The position numbers and the translations under genes were made by a program. Positions 13,501 to 24,608 of a stretch of DNA of 64,000 nucleotides are shown here, in pieces. Under the pieces are notes generated by a model that worked only from the letters and a program-made list of their open reading frames with translations, did not search any database and was not told the origin of the DNA. Positions within the stretch are counted from its first letter, which is position 1; the number at the start of each line of letters is the position of its first letter. Origin of the DNA: Cyanidioschyzon merolae (lineage: Eukaryota); the NCBI GenBank assembly GCA_000091205.1, contig AP006495.2; one strand, 5' to 3'.

Positions 13501-16500
13501 CGCCCTATCCATTCTACCAGTTGTCAAGGTACTGAATGCGCTTCCGTATCCTGCAACACTGGACCTGCTGCAGGACGGTCAACGCACTGGACGCCTATCG
13601 CTGGCCAGTGGCGCCGAGGACACCATCACTGGCGTCAACTGGATGCGCCCCTGGCTCATGGAGTGGTCGGTTCGTGAGCCCGACGACACCTACAAGTGCC
13701 GGGTGCCTTCTGTGTTCACCCTGGAGGCGCCTCGCAGCCTGCCTGATGCATCCCAGTCCTACTGGGATGGCTGGTTCCGCGGTCAACAGACGAATGCACT
13801 GCGGTGCTGGCGCTTGCAACTCGCTCCTCATGGCGACCTGGATCGGTCGAGTGCGCGTTGGCTGCTCACGTTGACGGCTAGTTACTGGTTGCTGAACTTT
13901 ACGAATATCGCCCTGGACGTGCTGCCTTTGAATCCGGTGCCACCAGCGACACCGTCTGCGGACCGCTCGAGCCGCTGGTGCTGGGTATCGTCGTCGACGA
14001 AGAAGCAGCGACCTGATGTGCTTGGCGAGGTCGCTGCAGAGCTGCAGGCACCGTGTACACGAGACGCTGCCACCCGGCAACCGACGCACGAGCTCGATAC
14101 CGAGTCGCCGGTGCGCTTGCACAGGGCGAATGCAACGGTACCGCCCGGCGTACCGGGTTATCCTGAAGTGTCCGTAACAGCAGCATCGTCGCAGGGCGTC
14201 TTTCCGGCACTCCAGGCCGCGCTGTCGTCGTCGCTCGAGTCGAGGTCTGAGCTCGCGTCCGGCGCTCCACAGCAGCAGCATGCTCGCACTGCGTTCGAGA
14301 GAGGAACCGAGGGCTTGTGGATGCTCTCGCTCACGAGTGCGGCTCCGGCTGCTACCATGGCGAACCGTGCCCGGTTTGGGGTACAGGCTTCACCGACATC
14401 CGATCGTCATCAGAGTCGTAGACAACGGCGATTCGCTGGCGGATCGGTGGACGTGCGGTATCAGACCCTGGGACGCAGCGAGTTTGTGCTCGACGGTTGG
14501 CCGCTGGTGATTCATCGTCAGCCTCACTGGGAACTGACCGGTGTCACGCTGGTCTCTTTGCATCCGTATTTGCTCATTCAGAACGCGTCGACGTTCGCAG
14601 TGGCGGTCAGGGCCTTGCATGGGTCATCTGCAGCAGTCCTGGAGCTGCCTGCTTCGGCTGGCTCTGAAGCGTCTGGTGCGTTCTCGGTACGTCCGCTGCG
14701 GCTTTGGCAGCATGGACGAGGACGAAGTGCCCGCTCCTGGCTCAGTCGACCCGTGCTGTCGCTAGCTGTTCGAGAGGATCGTTGTGAGGAAGCCTCGGCA
14801 ATCAACTGGCACTGGTATCGTGACCTGCCGCTGAAAGAGGATCGCGTATTCACGCTGAGCTTTATCATGGAGCATCTGTTGTTGGCGAGTCATCTGGGCG
14901 CCCAGCGTGTACAACTGGTCGAGCGACCTGGTACTGGTGGTAGCACTGGGCTCAAGTCGCATTCCATGAATCCGCACGGAACGGAAGCAGAGCAGCAGCA
15001 GCAGCAGCAGTCGTGTTCGCGGCTGGAAACGGGTAATCAGCATGGAACGAAAGCGAGTCAGCCGGTTGGCGCAAGTCGGTCGAAAGCACGGTTGCTTGAA
15101 TCGAACGTGGATCAGAGACGACACCAGCGCAATGACGACCCGCATAAGCAGCGGTATCCGACGCGGTACCAGGAACAGGATCAGGTTCAGTTGGGTACCT
15201 GTCGACAGGGGGAGCTTCCAGATACGAAGCGCCACCAGCATTGGCAACGTTACAGCAGCAACGAAAGCGCCCACTTACGCGAAGCTTTTGAATGCCTGCT
15301 GCACGTTCAGGTCAGCAGCAACCTCTTGGGTCAGAAAATCGTCATCCTGAGCGACGAGTTACCCACCAGTCCCCGGTTTGCGCTCTGGAATCGTACACCC
15401 TATGTGATCCTCTATCGGTGGATGCCACCGCAGACCCTGGCGCTGGGCGGTAGCCTGTTCCATCGACGGCGCTGTATGTTTCAAGTCGCCAGGCCGTACG
15501 CGCGCCTAACACTGAGTCCAGCCTGGGTCACGGAACACTACTGCTTGCAAGCGATGGCGTTTGCGTCGCTGCGGGAGGCGCTCGAATGGCGTCTCTGGCG
15601 GCATGGACAAGTCTACGACCTCATGGAGCCGCAACGCTATGCAGCATTACCTGTTCAGGGACAAGCTGGCACCGCCATTGACCTGGTTTATCCACAGGTT
15701 GACCTCGTTGGGACCGGCACTGCCCAGCTGGTATTCAGTAGCACCCGGCATACTGCCGCAACAGCAACGACGACTGCGACTACAACGGATACAGCGCAGC
15801 ACACGTCGACGTCAGCGCAAGCGCGGGCGCTCATCGAAACCTCCTTCATGAGCGCTGGTGCCCAGGCGTCTGCATCCAACGAGGTCCCGCTGTTGGGCGC
15901 TTTTCTCCACCGGCAGCGCGGAGCACCATCGCTGGAAATCCTGCTCCAGGTAGAACTGAAGCGCGCGGCAGTCTCGTTGGTGCTGTGCGATTCGCATCAG
16001 CGTTTCTTCGAGATGCTCTATGCGGCGGCCTCGGGAATGGAGCTCTTCCTCCATACCTGCGGACCGGAGTCGTCTTTATCTCTCCAGGTGACTAGCGTTC
16101 AATGCGATAACACGTTACCTTTCTACGTATCTCCGGTATTGATGCTGACCCGCGAGCAGCCGTGGCTCTCGTGTGCGGCGCGGTGGCGGCAACATGCCGG
16201 TGGTCGGCACTACTACAGCATTCAGCTGCGTATCGCCGAGTTGCTGGTGATGTTGGATGATGGACTTTTATGGCAGTTGTTGGAGGCTGCGCGTGAGCTC
16301 TGGTCGAGCTTTTCGCAACGTCGGGCGGGACTGGAGCGCACTGCCCCCGTGCTTCGGAGTGTGCTGGAGGCCGTGGATGCGCCCAGCTTGTGGCTTGCGT
16401 CCAGTCGAGCGGTTGCAGAGCAGCGTCGAGCGCCCTCTTTCTTCCAGCTTGTACGGGTCGAGCGTATGCGCCTGCGGCTATCGTTCAAGACGGATCGGGA

Positions 16501-18067
16501 ACGCGCACTGGAAACTGCGGCCTTGACACGCCAAACGCTCTTCAACGCGGGTCTGGTGCTCACGGAACTCGACAATGCATTGGTTCTGGTGGGTGCATTC
16601 CAGCTACGTCAGGTGTATGCACCGCTTGTACAGGTCATTGAGCGCATGGTACAGCATGTGCTGTGGCAGTCGTTCCTGAGCTCGTATAACTTCATAGGTG
16701 GATTGAGCTGGCTCGGTGATCCAGCCGGCTGGTTGTATGAGCTTCGTGAAGGCACATTTGATTTCTTTAACGAGCCTATCAGTGGTCTGTTCGAGTCCAA
16801 TGAGGCGCTGTGGCGGGGGTTTCGGCGCGGGGCTTTTGCCCAGGGTCAAGCGCTCACCTTTGCGTTAACGCAACCTGCGGCACAGCTAGCCGGTAGTTTG
16901 GCTCGTGCACTCGGCACGATCAGCTTGAACAGGACCTTTGAGATCGCCCGAGCGCGTCAAGATCGCACGCTTGGTGAACCGGAGGATATCTTTCTCGGGA
17001 TCGCGTATGGTATGTTGGGTGCTGGTACTGCGCTCGGTGCCGCATTGACGGGCATATTCGTGGAGCCGGTGCGCGGGTACCGTCAGTCCGGCGTTGGCGG
17101 CTTGTTTCAGGGTCTTGTGGCGGGTCTCTGGGGATGGCTACCCCTGACTTTGGCCTCTTTTCTGGTGCTCGTTCAGAAGCTTGCCATGGGTATCCGCAAC
17201 CAGAACCGGGTGGATCTGCGAACACGAGAACGTCTCCGTGATCCACGTGTGCTCTACCGGGCCAGCGATGCACCGCTTCCACCGTATGTGGCGTATTTGG
17301 CGCGGGGTCAGCGGCTCTTGCACCAGGTTCAACGCGGAGCGCTAGCTACAGAGCCCTACGTCATACATATTGAGTTTGAAATGTCGGCGCTGGAGGACAG
17401 AGAGGAAGAGGAAGCACGGGACTCGTCGATGGAGGCGACGCAGCGCCCTTCGGTTTGGGGTGCTGTCTCGAGAAGGCGCCTAATCGGCTGGATATCCAAG
17501 GGCAGGTTGGCTTCGAGTCTCGGGAAGAATCCTGGTGCTGCTGGTGCTGGTGCTGGTGCTGGTGCTGGTGCTGGTGCTGGTGCTCAGGAAACGCTCATCA
17601 CGGTTGCCGTACCAGCGGCAGTCATTCTCTCCCGTTCATATCTTGTTGCTGTCGACGGGAATGGCGCGTTTCTGTGGCGTTGTCGGCTGGCTCGTATTGA
17701 GGCCATTCGTGAGCGCTCCGATCCGACGGGCATTCGCTGGTTATGGATCCAGGCCCGTCCGAGACGCGGACGAAGTAGACGTGCCTATCTGTTTAGCAAG
17801 CCAGAAGCAGCTGCTTCTGCTTCTGCTGCTGCTGGTGGTGGTGGTGCTGTCGTCATGACTTGGGCAGCATTACCGACACGTCCACCGAGCCCGTCGCTCG
17901 ACGCGTTTATGCAGCTTGTTTCGTTGATGAGACAACGACAGGCCTCGATGGAGGCGGCCTCTCTGCCGCCTAGCCGCGAGCCGTCGACAACGCGAGCCAC
18001 CAGTACGAACAAGGCGGCAGCGGAAACGCTCACGGCACTGGAAACGGATATCTTGGACGCAGTGTAA
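674..18067 (+). CDS. VPS13: Giant VPS13-family bridge-like lipid transfer protein (5797 aa, single uninterrupted ORF)
   Basis: The N-terminus (GIFQALLQLFLGWLCPGLTLRSLRLHWRRGWLELRNLNVP...VRFVRLHVGRLRIKVSW) matches the chorein-N pattern L.NL.L...AL..LP..V..G.IG.L.L.IPW. The C-terminal region (SYNFIGGLSWLGDPAGWLYELREGTFDFFNEPISGL...GYRQSGVGGLFQGLVAG) matches the conserved VPS13 C-terminal GS.d.lGNPvG...G..DFf.eP motif. The protein is full of low-complexity inserts. The true ATG may be at 674 or 689. Confidence 0.8.
1551..1580. repeat. (CAG)10 microsatellite in the VPS13 coding sequence, encoding poly-Ala
   Basis: cagcagcag... read directly from the sequence. Confidence 0.9.
2561..2600. repeat. 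(GCTGGT)n hexanucleotide microsatellite, coding (AG)n
   Basis: gctggtgctggtgctggtgctggtgctgccgctgcc. The same motif recurs at 17533 and 18818. Confidence 0.9.
8448..8951 (+). repeat. Six perfect tandem copies of an 84-bp unit, in frame within VPS13 (28-aa unit SSQTASENAGTSTGIRRAVTVPGEIPTR x6)
   Basis: The unit gatcgtcgcaaacagcatcggagaatgcaggcacgtcgactgggatacggagagcagtcaccgtccctggagaaatacctacga repeats with period 84. The copies are identical apart from one base in the first unit. Confidence 0.9.
17533..17584. repeat. (GCTGGT)8 microsatellite in the VPS13 3' region, coding (AG)n
   Basis: ggtgctgctggtgctggtgctggtgctggtgctggtgctggtgct. Confidence 0.9.
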
Positions 18068-18186
18068 AGACCGGGGTGAACGATTGGCGTCAATGCATGA
18101 GGACCAGGAAAGGAGCTCTTGTCGGTATATAGTATGCACCAGGAAGCACTTGCAGTGCACGTTACGCTGCAACGGATATAATTGCA

Positions 18187-18460
18187 TGTACACAGCGATT
18201 TGGCGCCAAATGCCTACGTGTCCATCCAGTGCGTGTCTAGAATGATGCATGTCGAGTGTGATGCACATGTGGTGCATGCATGCTGGTGCATGTACACAGC
18301 GTTTTGGCGCCAAATGCCTACGTGTCCATCCAGTGCGTGTCTAGAATGATGCATGTCGAGTGTGATGCACATGTGGTGCATGTACACAGCGTTTTGGCGC
18401 CAAATGCTTACGTGTCCATCCAGTGCGTGTCTAGAATGATGCACATATTACCTATTGACA
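18187..18460. repeat. Tandem repeat of about 2.9 copies of a 91-103 bp unit, just downstream of the VPS13 stop
   Basis: The unit tgtacacagcgttttggcgccaaatgcctacgtgtccatccagtgcgtgtctagaatgatgcatgtcgagtgtgatgcacatgtggtgca begins at about 18187, 18290 and 18381. It contains the palindromic core cacatgtg. Confidence 0.8.
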
Positions 18461-18817
18461 TTGCTACGCTTTCGCACATGCAACCTGCGCTTCAGCAACC
18501 TTTTCATCCCAAGCAATAAACTGGGTATCTGTTGCACTTCGAGTGGGGGAAAGCACGGGTATCGACTTTCGGACGAAGCGCAGCTATGGGGTCTGTTTTC
18601 ATTGATGCCGATTGTTGCCGCGCAAACCCCTGCTACGGCGAGAAGTAGGTCGTGCACGTTTCATACTTGTATTGACTGAACGTATTGCCCAATTTTCCGC
18701 ACATTTCAGTTGAACAGCTCCCATAATAATCAGCACCATCCCGGAGACCGGCAGTGACAAGGGACTCCACGTTCGCGGATTCGTGTCGCCGGTGACGTCA
18801 GCCCGCATTTTGGAGAT

Positions 18818-18870
18818 GCTGGTGCTGGTGCTGGTGCTGGTGCTGGTGCTGGTGCTGGTGCTGGTGCTGG
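18818..18870. repeat. (GCTGGT)9 intergenic microsatellite
   Basis: gctggtgctggtgctggt... read directly. Confidence 0.9.
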
Positions 18871-18970
18871 CGCCCGCGCCTTTCAACCGTCAGGTACCAT
18901 AGTCGCCCTATCTCGGACCGGACAACGCGTGTCGTCACGTCCGCGGGCCTACGTGCACCTGGCTCTCAGC

Positions 18971-20224
18971 ATGTCGTCATCGACGCATCCTGAGACTGCT
19001 GCCGAGGTCGTAGTCGTGGTCGTCGGTTGCGGGATCAGTGCGCTCACGACGGCAGTGCACCTCCTGGAGACGTTCGGTTCAGGACGGCTCCTCGTGGGCA
19101 TCTACGGCGACCTGACACAACTGAATCAGACCACGTCTTGTGGTTGTGCGGGTCTATGGCTGCCGTTCCACATAGAACCACAGGACAAAGTGCGTGACTG
19201 GGCTCGCTCCACGTACCAGCGGTTTCTGCAGGACGCCGAAAACCCCGACACGGGCGTACGTTTCGTACCAGCGTACCAGTTTTACCCGAAACCACCGGAG
19301 AGTTTGCCCTACTGGCACGCAGACGTGCTCGACTTGGCCGTGATTGGACGCGATCAGCGTCCAGAGGAGACCTTGGCGAGCAGTGCACGTACCGAGTCAA
19401 CGGCGGTCGCTGACACAATGCCTTCGTTCCCGGACGGCTACTCGTATGCGCTTCAATGGCGTACGGCCGTGGTCGATATGCCCCGCTATCTCGAATGGCT
19501 CGTCGCAAGATTCCGTCGACTTGGCGGCATATTCTGGAACGAGAACTCTGGTGAACCACCATTGCCTTTACAAAGGTTGACAGATGTGGTACGTCGATGT
19601 CGCATACCGACCACGAACCGAATGACCATTGTCGTGAATGCTACGGGTCTGGGTGCGCGTACGCTCTGTGCTGACTCGGAGTTACGTCCAGCATTGGGTG
19701 TGCTCGTCCGCGTTCGCTACCCAATGCGATTCGTTTTGCAAGTAGCAGGCGGTCCACTCGGAGATCCGCAGTACCCCACCTATGTAATCCCACGAAACGA
19801 GGAGCTGTGCACCTGCGGCGGAACGGTGCTGTTCGATCTTCCAGCAGCAGAGCAGGAGCGACTTGTGCAGTTGTCGACCATCGCAGACCACTTGGAGCCT
19901 GAGCAAATACCACCAATTGCTCGCGACATGCTCGAGCGCTGCCGGCAACTCTACAAGCCGTGGCAAAACAAGGATGTCGCATTATCAGTGGCCGAGGTGT
20001 GGAGCGGCCTGCGTCCAGTACGCACCGGAGGTGTTCGCCTTGAGCTCGAGCGCTGGCCGGCGGCCGGAGAAGCGAACAATGCGGATGCCTCGCGGTGGAT
20101 TATCCACAATTACGGGCATGGAGGCGGCGGCGTCACCGTGTCCTGGGGTTGTGCAGCGGCAGTCACCGAGCTGGTTCGTTCGCTCTGCGAAACGATCGAC
20201 ACGGCTTCTTGCGGAAATGCGTGA
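18971..20224 (+). CDS. FAD-dependent D-amino-acid (or D-aspartate) oxidase
   Basis: N-terminal Rossmann motif VVVVVGCGISALTTAVHL. Internal motifs GCAGLWLP and VVNATGLGARTL. C-terminal DAAO signature WSGLRPVR...IIHNYGHGGGGVTVSWGCA. The track start at 18929 is GTG; the first ATG (MSSSTHPE) is at 18971. Confidence 0.75.
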   Translation: MSSSTHPETAAEVVVVVVGCGISALTTAVHLLETFGSGRLLVGIYGDLTQLNQTTSCGCAGLWLPFHIEPQDKVRDWARSTYQRFLQDAENPDTGVRFVPAYQFYPKPPESLPYWHADVLDLAVIGRDQRPEETLASSARTESTAVADTMPSFPDGYSYALQWRTAVVDMPRYLEWLVARFRRLGGIFWNENSGEPPLPLQRLTDVVRRCRIPTTNRMTIVVNATGLGARTLCADSELRPALGVLVRVRYPMRFVLQVAGGPLGDPQYPTYVIPRNEELCTCGGTVLFDLPAAEQERLVQLSTIADHLEPEQIPPIARDMLERCRQLYKPWQNKDVALSVAEVWSGLRPVRTGGVRLELERWPAAGEANNADASRWIIHNYGHGGGGVTVSWGCAAAVTELVRSLCETIDTASCGNA

Positions 20225-21215
20225 ACGTGGCGTGGTATCGTGCGTGGCGTCAGGATACGGTACCGCATTGCATGGCAGGGTGCGGTACTTTGCAAGCAGA
20301 TCAGTGCGGCGAACGAATTTGGGCCGCGCTCTGTAGCATTTCAGCCCCGGAACGCGGCAACTTCGAGCGCGTTGTCAGATACAAAATGTCGCCTCGCACA
20401 CTGCGTAAGGTCGACGCAGGGAAACGTTACACCGATCATATACTGCAGGGGCGTGGGCGGTACTCCCGAGCGCAACCCTCGGCTCGAAACACGTACAGAT
20501 AGACCCCAAAAGTCGAGCACTAGCGCAGCAGCAGCAGCAGTAGTAGTGGTAGCAGCATCCTTGATGGCTCGCACTGGCGTTCGCGAAATCAGATGGGAAG
20601 AGAGCGCGCCGACCGATGTTTGCACGATATACCTCCGGCAAACAGAAAGCGCGGTGCCATGTACAAGTCTGCAATATGACGACGGCTGCTGGTCGAATTG
20701 TGGCTACCGCTGTCGCGCCAAATTAGTCCGACGCTGCCTTCCGCCTGTCACAATAATCAGAACAAGTGCGCATTCAGAGGTCCTACACCGGATGGCCATC
20801 AGCTGACTCAAACCAGGAATCCGGTATTCCACAGTATTTGTCGGTTTGTGGAGGGGGCAACCCATGCTTGTCGTGCCGCAGACTTGAGTGTTTGCACACT
20901 GAAGAGCACGCTCACCATGACCTGGTTCGCGAAAGATGCCACGGACAAGCGGCTCCTGCCATCGGTGGATGACGAATGCCGTCTTTCGTGCTTGTGTGTG
21001 GCCCAGCTCCGATCCCGTCTTCATTGTCTCCGCCGTTGACAAGGCGGTGACAACGTAGTGCCAGTGCGGTGCATACTTACCCAATATTTTCTGGCTGCAC
21101 GTAGAAAACGTCTTGCGCGAAAGCAACGAGGTGTACGATATGAGGAACAACGATCTCTGTGCTGTTTGCGAGTTACTCTTTTGATTGCGTCATATCTTGT
21201 ATCGCAAGACTTAAC

Positions 21216-22847
21216 TCAGGAGCTCTCGTCGGAGCGCGGTGCGGTCGAAGAGCTCCACGACTGCTGCCGTTGTTGCTGTTGCTGGGTGTCCTGGTTCGCT
21301 GTGAATGGGCACCCGGGGGCGCGTGTGCCACGCCCCTGTCCAAGCGCGTCTAGAACATCGTTACCAACGGCAAGAACTCCCTCCAGGATGCGCAGCAGGG
21401 GCTGTGCCACATAACTAGCACCAACACGCAACCGATGCGCATCTGTTGGCATTCGAGCAATATACGCCAAGCGTCGCAGCTGATGGGCAAGCGGTCCACT
21501 GAGGTTCAAAAGACCCAGCAGTTGGACGCTGCCGTCGTCGCGGCCGAGTGTGATCATTTCGCCCAGATGCACATATTGGAAGGGCAGCGGTTCCCGACCC
21601 GTTAGGCTTGCCCAGGTATTCCACGCAGCAAAATCTGCCTCTTGAAGCGCAATCTGTGCCGTCATTCCGCGTGGTTGCTCCCTCGTTACCACGGGAACAG
21701 CTGCAACTGGCTCTCGGATCTGGGCGGCATCACCGAGCACAATGACCTCGGGATAGTTCGGTAAGCGTAGGAATCGATCCGTAAGTAGCTGGCCTCGTTC
21801 ATTGCGCTCTACTTGCCGGCTAGCAATGAGCCCTTCGCGGATCACCTTATTGATTCGGTTTCCTGCTGTCCAGAGCACCAGGTCTATTTGTTCGAGTGTG
21901 GTTTCAGATGCTGGAGGAGCACGGTCGCCGCTTTTTTCGGCATAAGAAAGGCGTAACGAATTCGGACCTACTGAGACCACGCTTGTTTCAGGTACGAAGC
22001 TTATATTTCGCAGACGCAGCGCACGCGTCGCCTGGGATCGATTATACGCTGTCGACGCTGCCATCAACTCTCTCCCTCGGTCAACGATTTGAATCTGGGC
22101 GCGCGGACCGAGTCGATCACTCAAGTTGCATGCCAGTTCTACGCCGCTGTAGCCTCCACCGACGATTACGATGCGAATCGTTGGCTGCGAAGACGACTCT
22201 AATAGTCGGACCCGCTCGCGAATGCGAATGGCATCCTCGACACTGCGAAAGCCCAGCGCATGCTCGCGAGCTCCAGGAACCATATCCCGCGTATCTTCGC
22301 TGCCAAGAGCGATCACGAGGCGATCATAGGAAATGATCTCATCGGATTCCTTCGACTCAGAAGCGTTGCTGGGCATCATCGGTCGCACAGTTACTCGCCG
22401 CTTGTCGAGATCGATATGCTGCACTTGCGCCTGCAGAAAGTCGACATCGGTGTCTTCTAAAAGCTCCGCAAACGGTGGCGCCACTTCCCAAATGCCCATT
22501 TCTCCGGTTACCAGCTCATAAAGCAGAGGCAGGAAAACGAACCGCTCTCGGGTATCGATCAGTGTCAGCTCCGGTCGGGTGCGTTGTCCCGCAACAAGTC
22601 GCTGGCTTGCGCTCTGCTTTGAAGTATCGGAAGCGCGCCTGCGCTCAGAATTGTCTACAGAAAAAGTGGACTCGCGCTGGGGCGTCCGCGCAGCTGCCTC
22701 ATAGCGACGGAGGTCACGTCCCCACGGCAGCTGGCAAAGTCGCAAGGCCGTGTAGAGGCCTCCAAAACCGCCACCTAGAACGCAAACTTTCGGCCTCAAC
22801 GATGCCATGGATTTGCTCTTTGGTTGATCTTCTTGTGAACTCGACAT
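21216..22847 (-). CDS. Type II (alternative, rotenone-insensitive) NADH dehydrogenase, NDH-2
   Basis: Two dinucleotide-binding motifs, KVCVLGGGFGGLYTALRL and IVIVGGGYSGVELA, in an NDH-2 architecture, followed by a C-terminal Q-rich tail. The track ORF extends upstream to 23198; I take MSSSQEDQPKSKSMASLRPKV (ATG ending at 22847, alternative at 22808) as the likely start. Confidence 0.75.
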   Translation of the reverse strand: MSSSQEDQPKSKSMASLRPKVCVLGGGFGGLYTALRLCQLPWGRDLRRYEAAARTPQRESTFSVDNSERRRASDTSKQSASQRLVAGQRTRPELTLIDTRERFVFLPLLYELVTGEMGIWEVAPPFAELLEDTDVDFLQAQVQHIDLDKRRVTVRPMMPSNASESKESDEIISYDRLVIALGSEDTRDMVPGAREHALGFRSVEDAIRIRERVRLLESSSQPTIRIVIVGGGYSGVELACNLSDRLGPRAQIQIVDRGRELMAASTAYNRSQATRALRLRNISFVPETSVVSVGPNSLRLSYAEKSGDRAPPASETTLEQIDLVLWTAGNRINKVIREGLIASRQVERNERGQLLTDRFLRLPNYPEVIVLGDAAQIREPVAAVPVVTREQPRGMTAQIALQEADFAAWNTWASLTGREPLPFQYVHLGEMITLGRDDGSVQLLGLLNLSGPLAHQLRRLAYIARMPTDAHRLRVGASYVAQPLLRILEGVLAVGNDVLDALGQGRGTRAPGCPFTANQDTQQQQQRQQSWSSSTAPRSDESS

Positions 22848-23145
22848 ACAAAAGGTACGTGTGCTCAACAGCGAGCGTGCACGTCTGCCCTGGCTGGTAG
22901 CTCGACGCCCCCGCTCCACTCGCTGTGCACCAGAGAAAAGGTGCGGCCAAGCAGTCGGCGAAAAGACCGACTGGCGATGGGACTGTTGCGTACGACAGCA
23001 GTTGCGTCCAGCGAATACTGCTGAAAAAGAAAGAAACATTTCGCACACAGGTAAGCTACGCGTGGTATACGGGATCGTAGGGTCAATGGTACTTTGACAG
23101 AACGCGCTGCGTGAACGAGTACGCAATTGCCCGATGAGCGTCCAG

Positions 23146-23270
23146 CGCACGCACGCATATCCATAGACGCACGCACGCATATCCATAGACGCACGCACAA
23201 ATATTCATACGTATGCACGCACGCATATTCATATGTATGCACGCACGCATATTCATACGTATGCACGCAC
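23146..23270. repeat. Minisatellite of about 22 bp, unit ACGCACGCACGCATATCCATAG / TATGCACGCACGCATATTCATA, about 5-6 copies
   Basis: Read directly. The minus-strand ORF at 22865-23308 translates it as repeated CVHTYEYA. Confidence 0.85.
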
Positions 23271-24224
23271 AGTTTTTTGTTTAACAGCGTGTTTGCATAG
23301 TTCAGCAATCCGCGATGCTACAGTGGATACCGACATTCGGGAGAGCGTTGGTCGTTTTGCCTACATCCAAGGTCCATTATCCATTCGCAAGCATCAACAT
23401 AGCGTGCCCCAGCGCACAACATCATCGCCCCATTGCAGTGCACGGCGCGCTGGGCGCTGTCGAAGCTCGGCGCTTCCAGCCCATAGTCTTCGGTGCTGCA
23501 GCAGGGGAACGTGCCCTCGCGCTTCGCAGGTCCAGTGAACGATAACCATTGTAGGGCGACTGGCGGTTGATATTTTTGTGCGTCGCATCTCGCCGTGGCT
23601 GCGTGTCTGCGGGCATGAGCGAAAACATTTCGGGTAGCTTGGAAGAACGCTCTTGGATCCGCGATCGTTACTCGGCGATGAAGATTGCCTGAATGATAAA
23701 CGATTTCCCAATTGCTGATATCGAGCAAGCAGTCAGGGGTCAACGGTCAGTACAATGGTTCCGTCCAACAGATTAGTGACGTCGAACGCAGTATTCACCG
23801 GCACCGTTCCAGAGCTGGAGACAGAGTGCAGCGCACTGGAAAAGGGCCGGAGGGAGCAGACGGCTCGCGTTTTGGATGAGCGCCTCCCTCATCGATATGC
23901 CAAATCTACTCGGAGATGGTTAGAGAGCGAAGCCATCGGTTTGCTTTTCCTTTCAGAATGGAAAGCGTTCTGACACATGGTTCCTGATACCGGTCATGCG
24001 CCTGCACCTCTTCCATGTGTTTATGTTGCCGCCCAGCGCATATACCAAGGATGCGAAACATCCCTTGAAACCGGAAGCGGCGAGCGCCCCGGCAGAACAG
24101 GGCGCGCATCCCTCCTTCGGATACCGGTGTGTACCGATGTTGTCAGCGGCTGGCACCAAGCGCATAACGAACTCGTCATGCGTTACCCACACAACGAACC
24201 ATAAAATTTTGTTTATCGTCCTCT

Positions 24225-24608
24225 CTATCTGTACCGTTTCTGTTTAAGGTTCAACAGCTCGGTCGGTACGCGCGGTCGCGGCCTGTCTCTGAACACCGTC
24301 TTTTCGCGAATAATCGCTACACATTCCCACTGGGTGGTTCCGTGCTCTGCAACTGGCTTTCCTTTCCGCAACACAAGGAACGGTTGTTTCAAGGTCACGA
24401 TATTGCCAGCGAGCTCATACTGTGACAAAGTGAGTACGCGTTGTCGTTCTCCAGCGTTGGACTGCACCGTTCCGAAACAGCGTGTTTCATCGCCAGGTGT
24501 CTCGTCGGCGCTTTGCTTTACGGGGGCGTCAAACGTGAGCGAACCCTGCAGCTCCATCAGCGTCCACTCTGGCAAGTTCTCCGACTTGAACACTATTGGC
24601 AAGCGCAT
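24225..24608 (-). CDS. CTF8: Ctf8-like protein (CTF18-RFC complex subunit), about 127 aa
   Basis: MRLPIVFKSENLPEWTLMELQGSL...LAGNIVTLKQPFLVLRKGKP...ECVAIIREKTVFRDRPRPRV parallels human CHTF8 LAEWVLMELQGEIE...LAGN...LEKPFAVLVK...ALIKDKILFKTRPKP. The first codon in the track is TTG; the ATG is the second residue. Confidence 0.5.
   Translation of the reverse strand: MRLPIVFKSENLPEWTLMELQGSLTFDAPVKQSADETPGDETRCFGTVQSNAGERQRVLTLSQYELAGNIVTLKQPFLVLRKGKPVAEHGTTQWECVAIIREKTVFRDRPRPRVPTELLNLKQKRYR

Noticed and set aside
17533-18870. GCTGGTGCTGGTGG-type runs resembling the E. coli Chi site (GCTGGTGG).
   Set aside because: The genome is eukaryotic. The runs are (GCTGGT)n microsatellites coding (AG)n and are not recombination hotspots in the bacterial sense.
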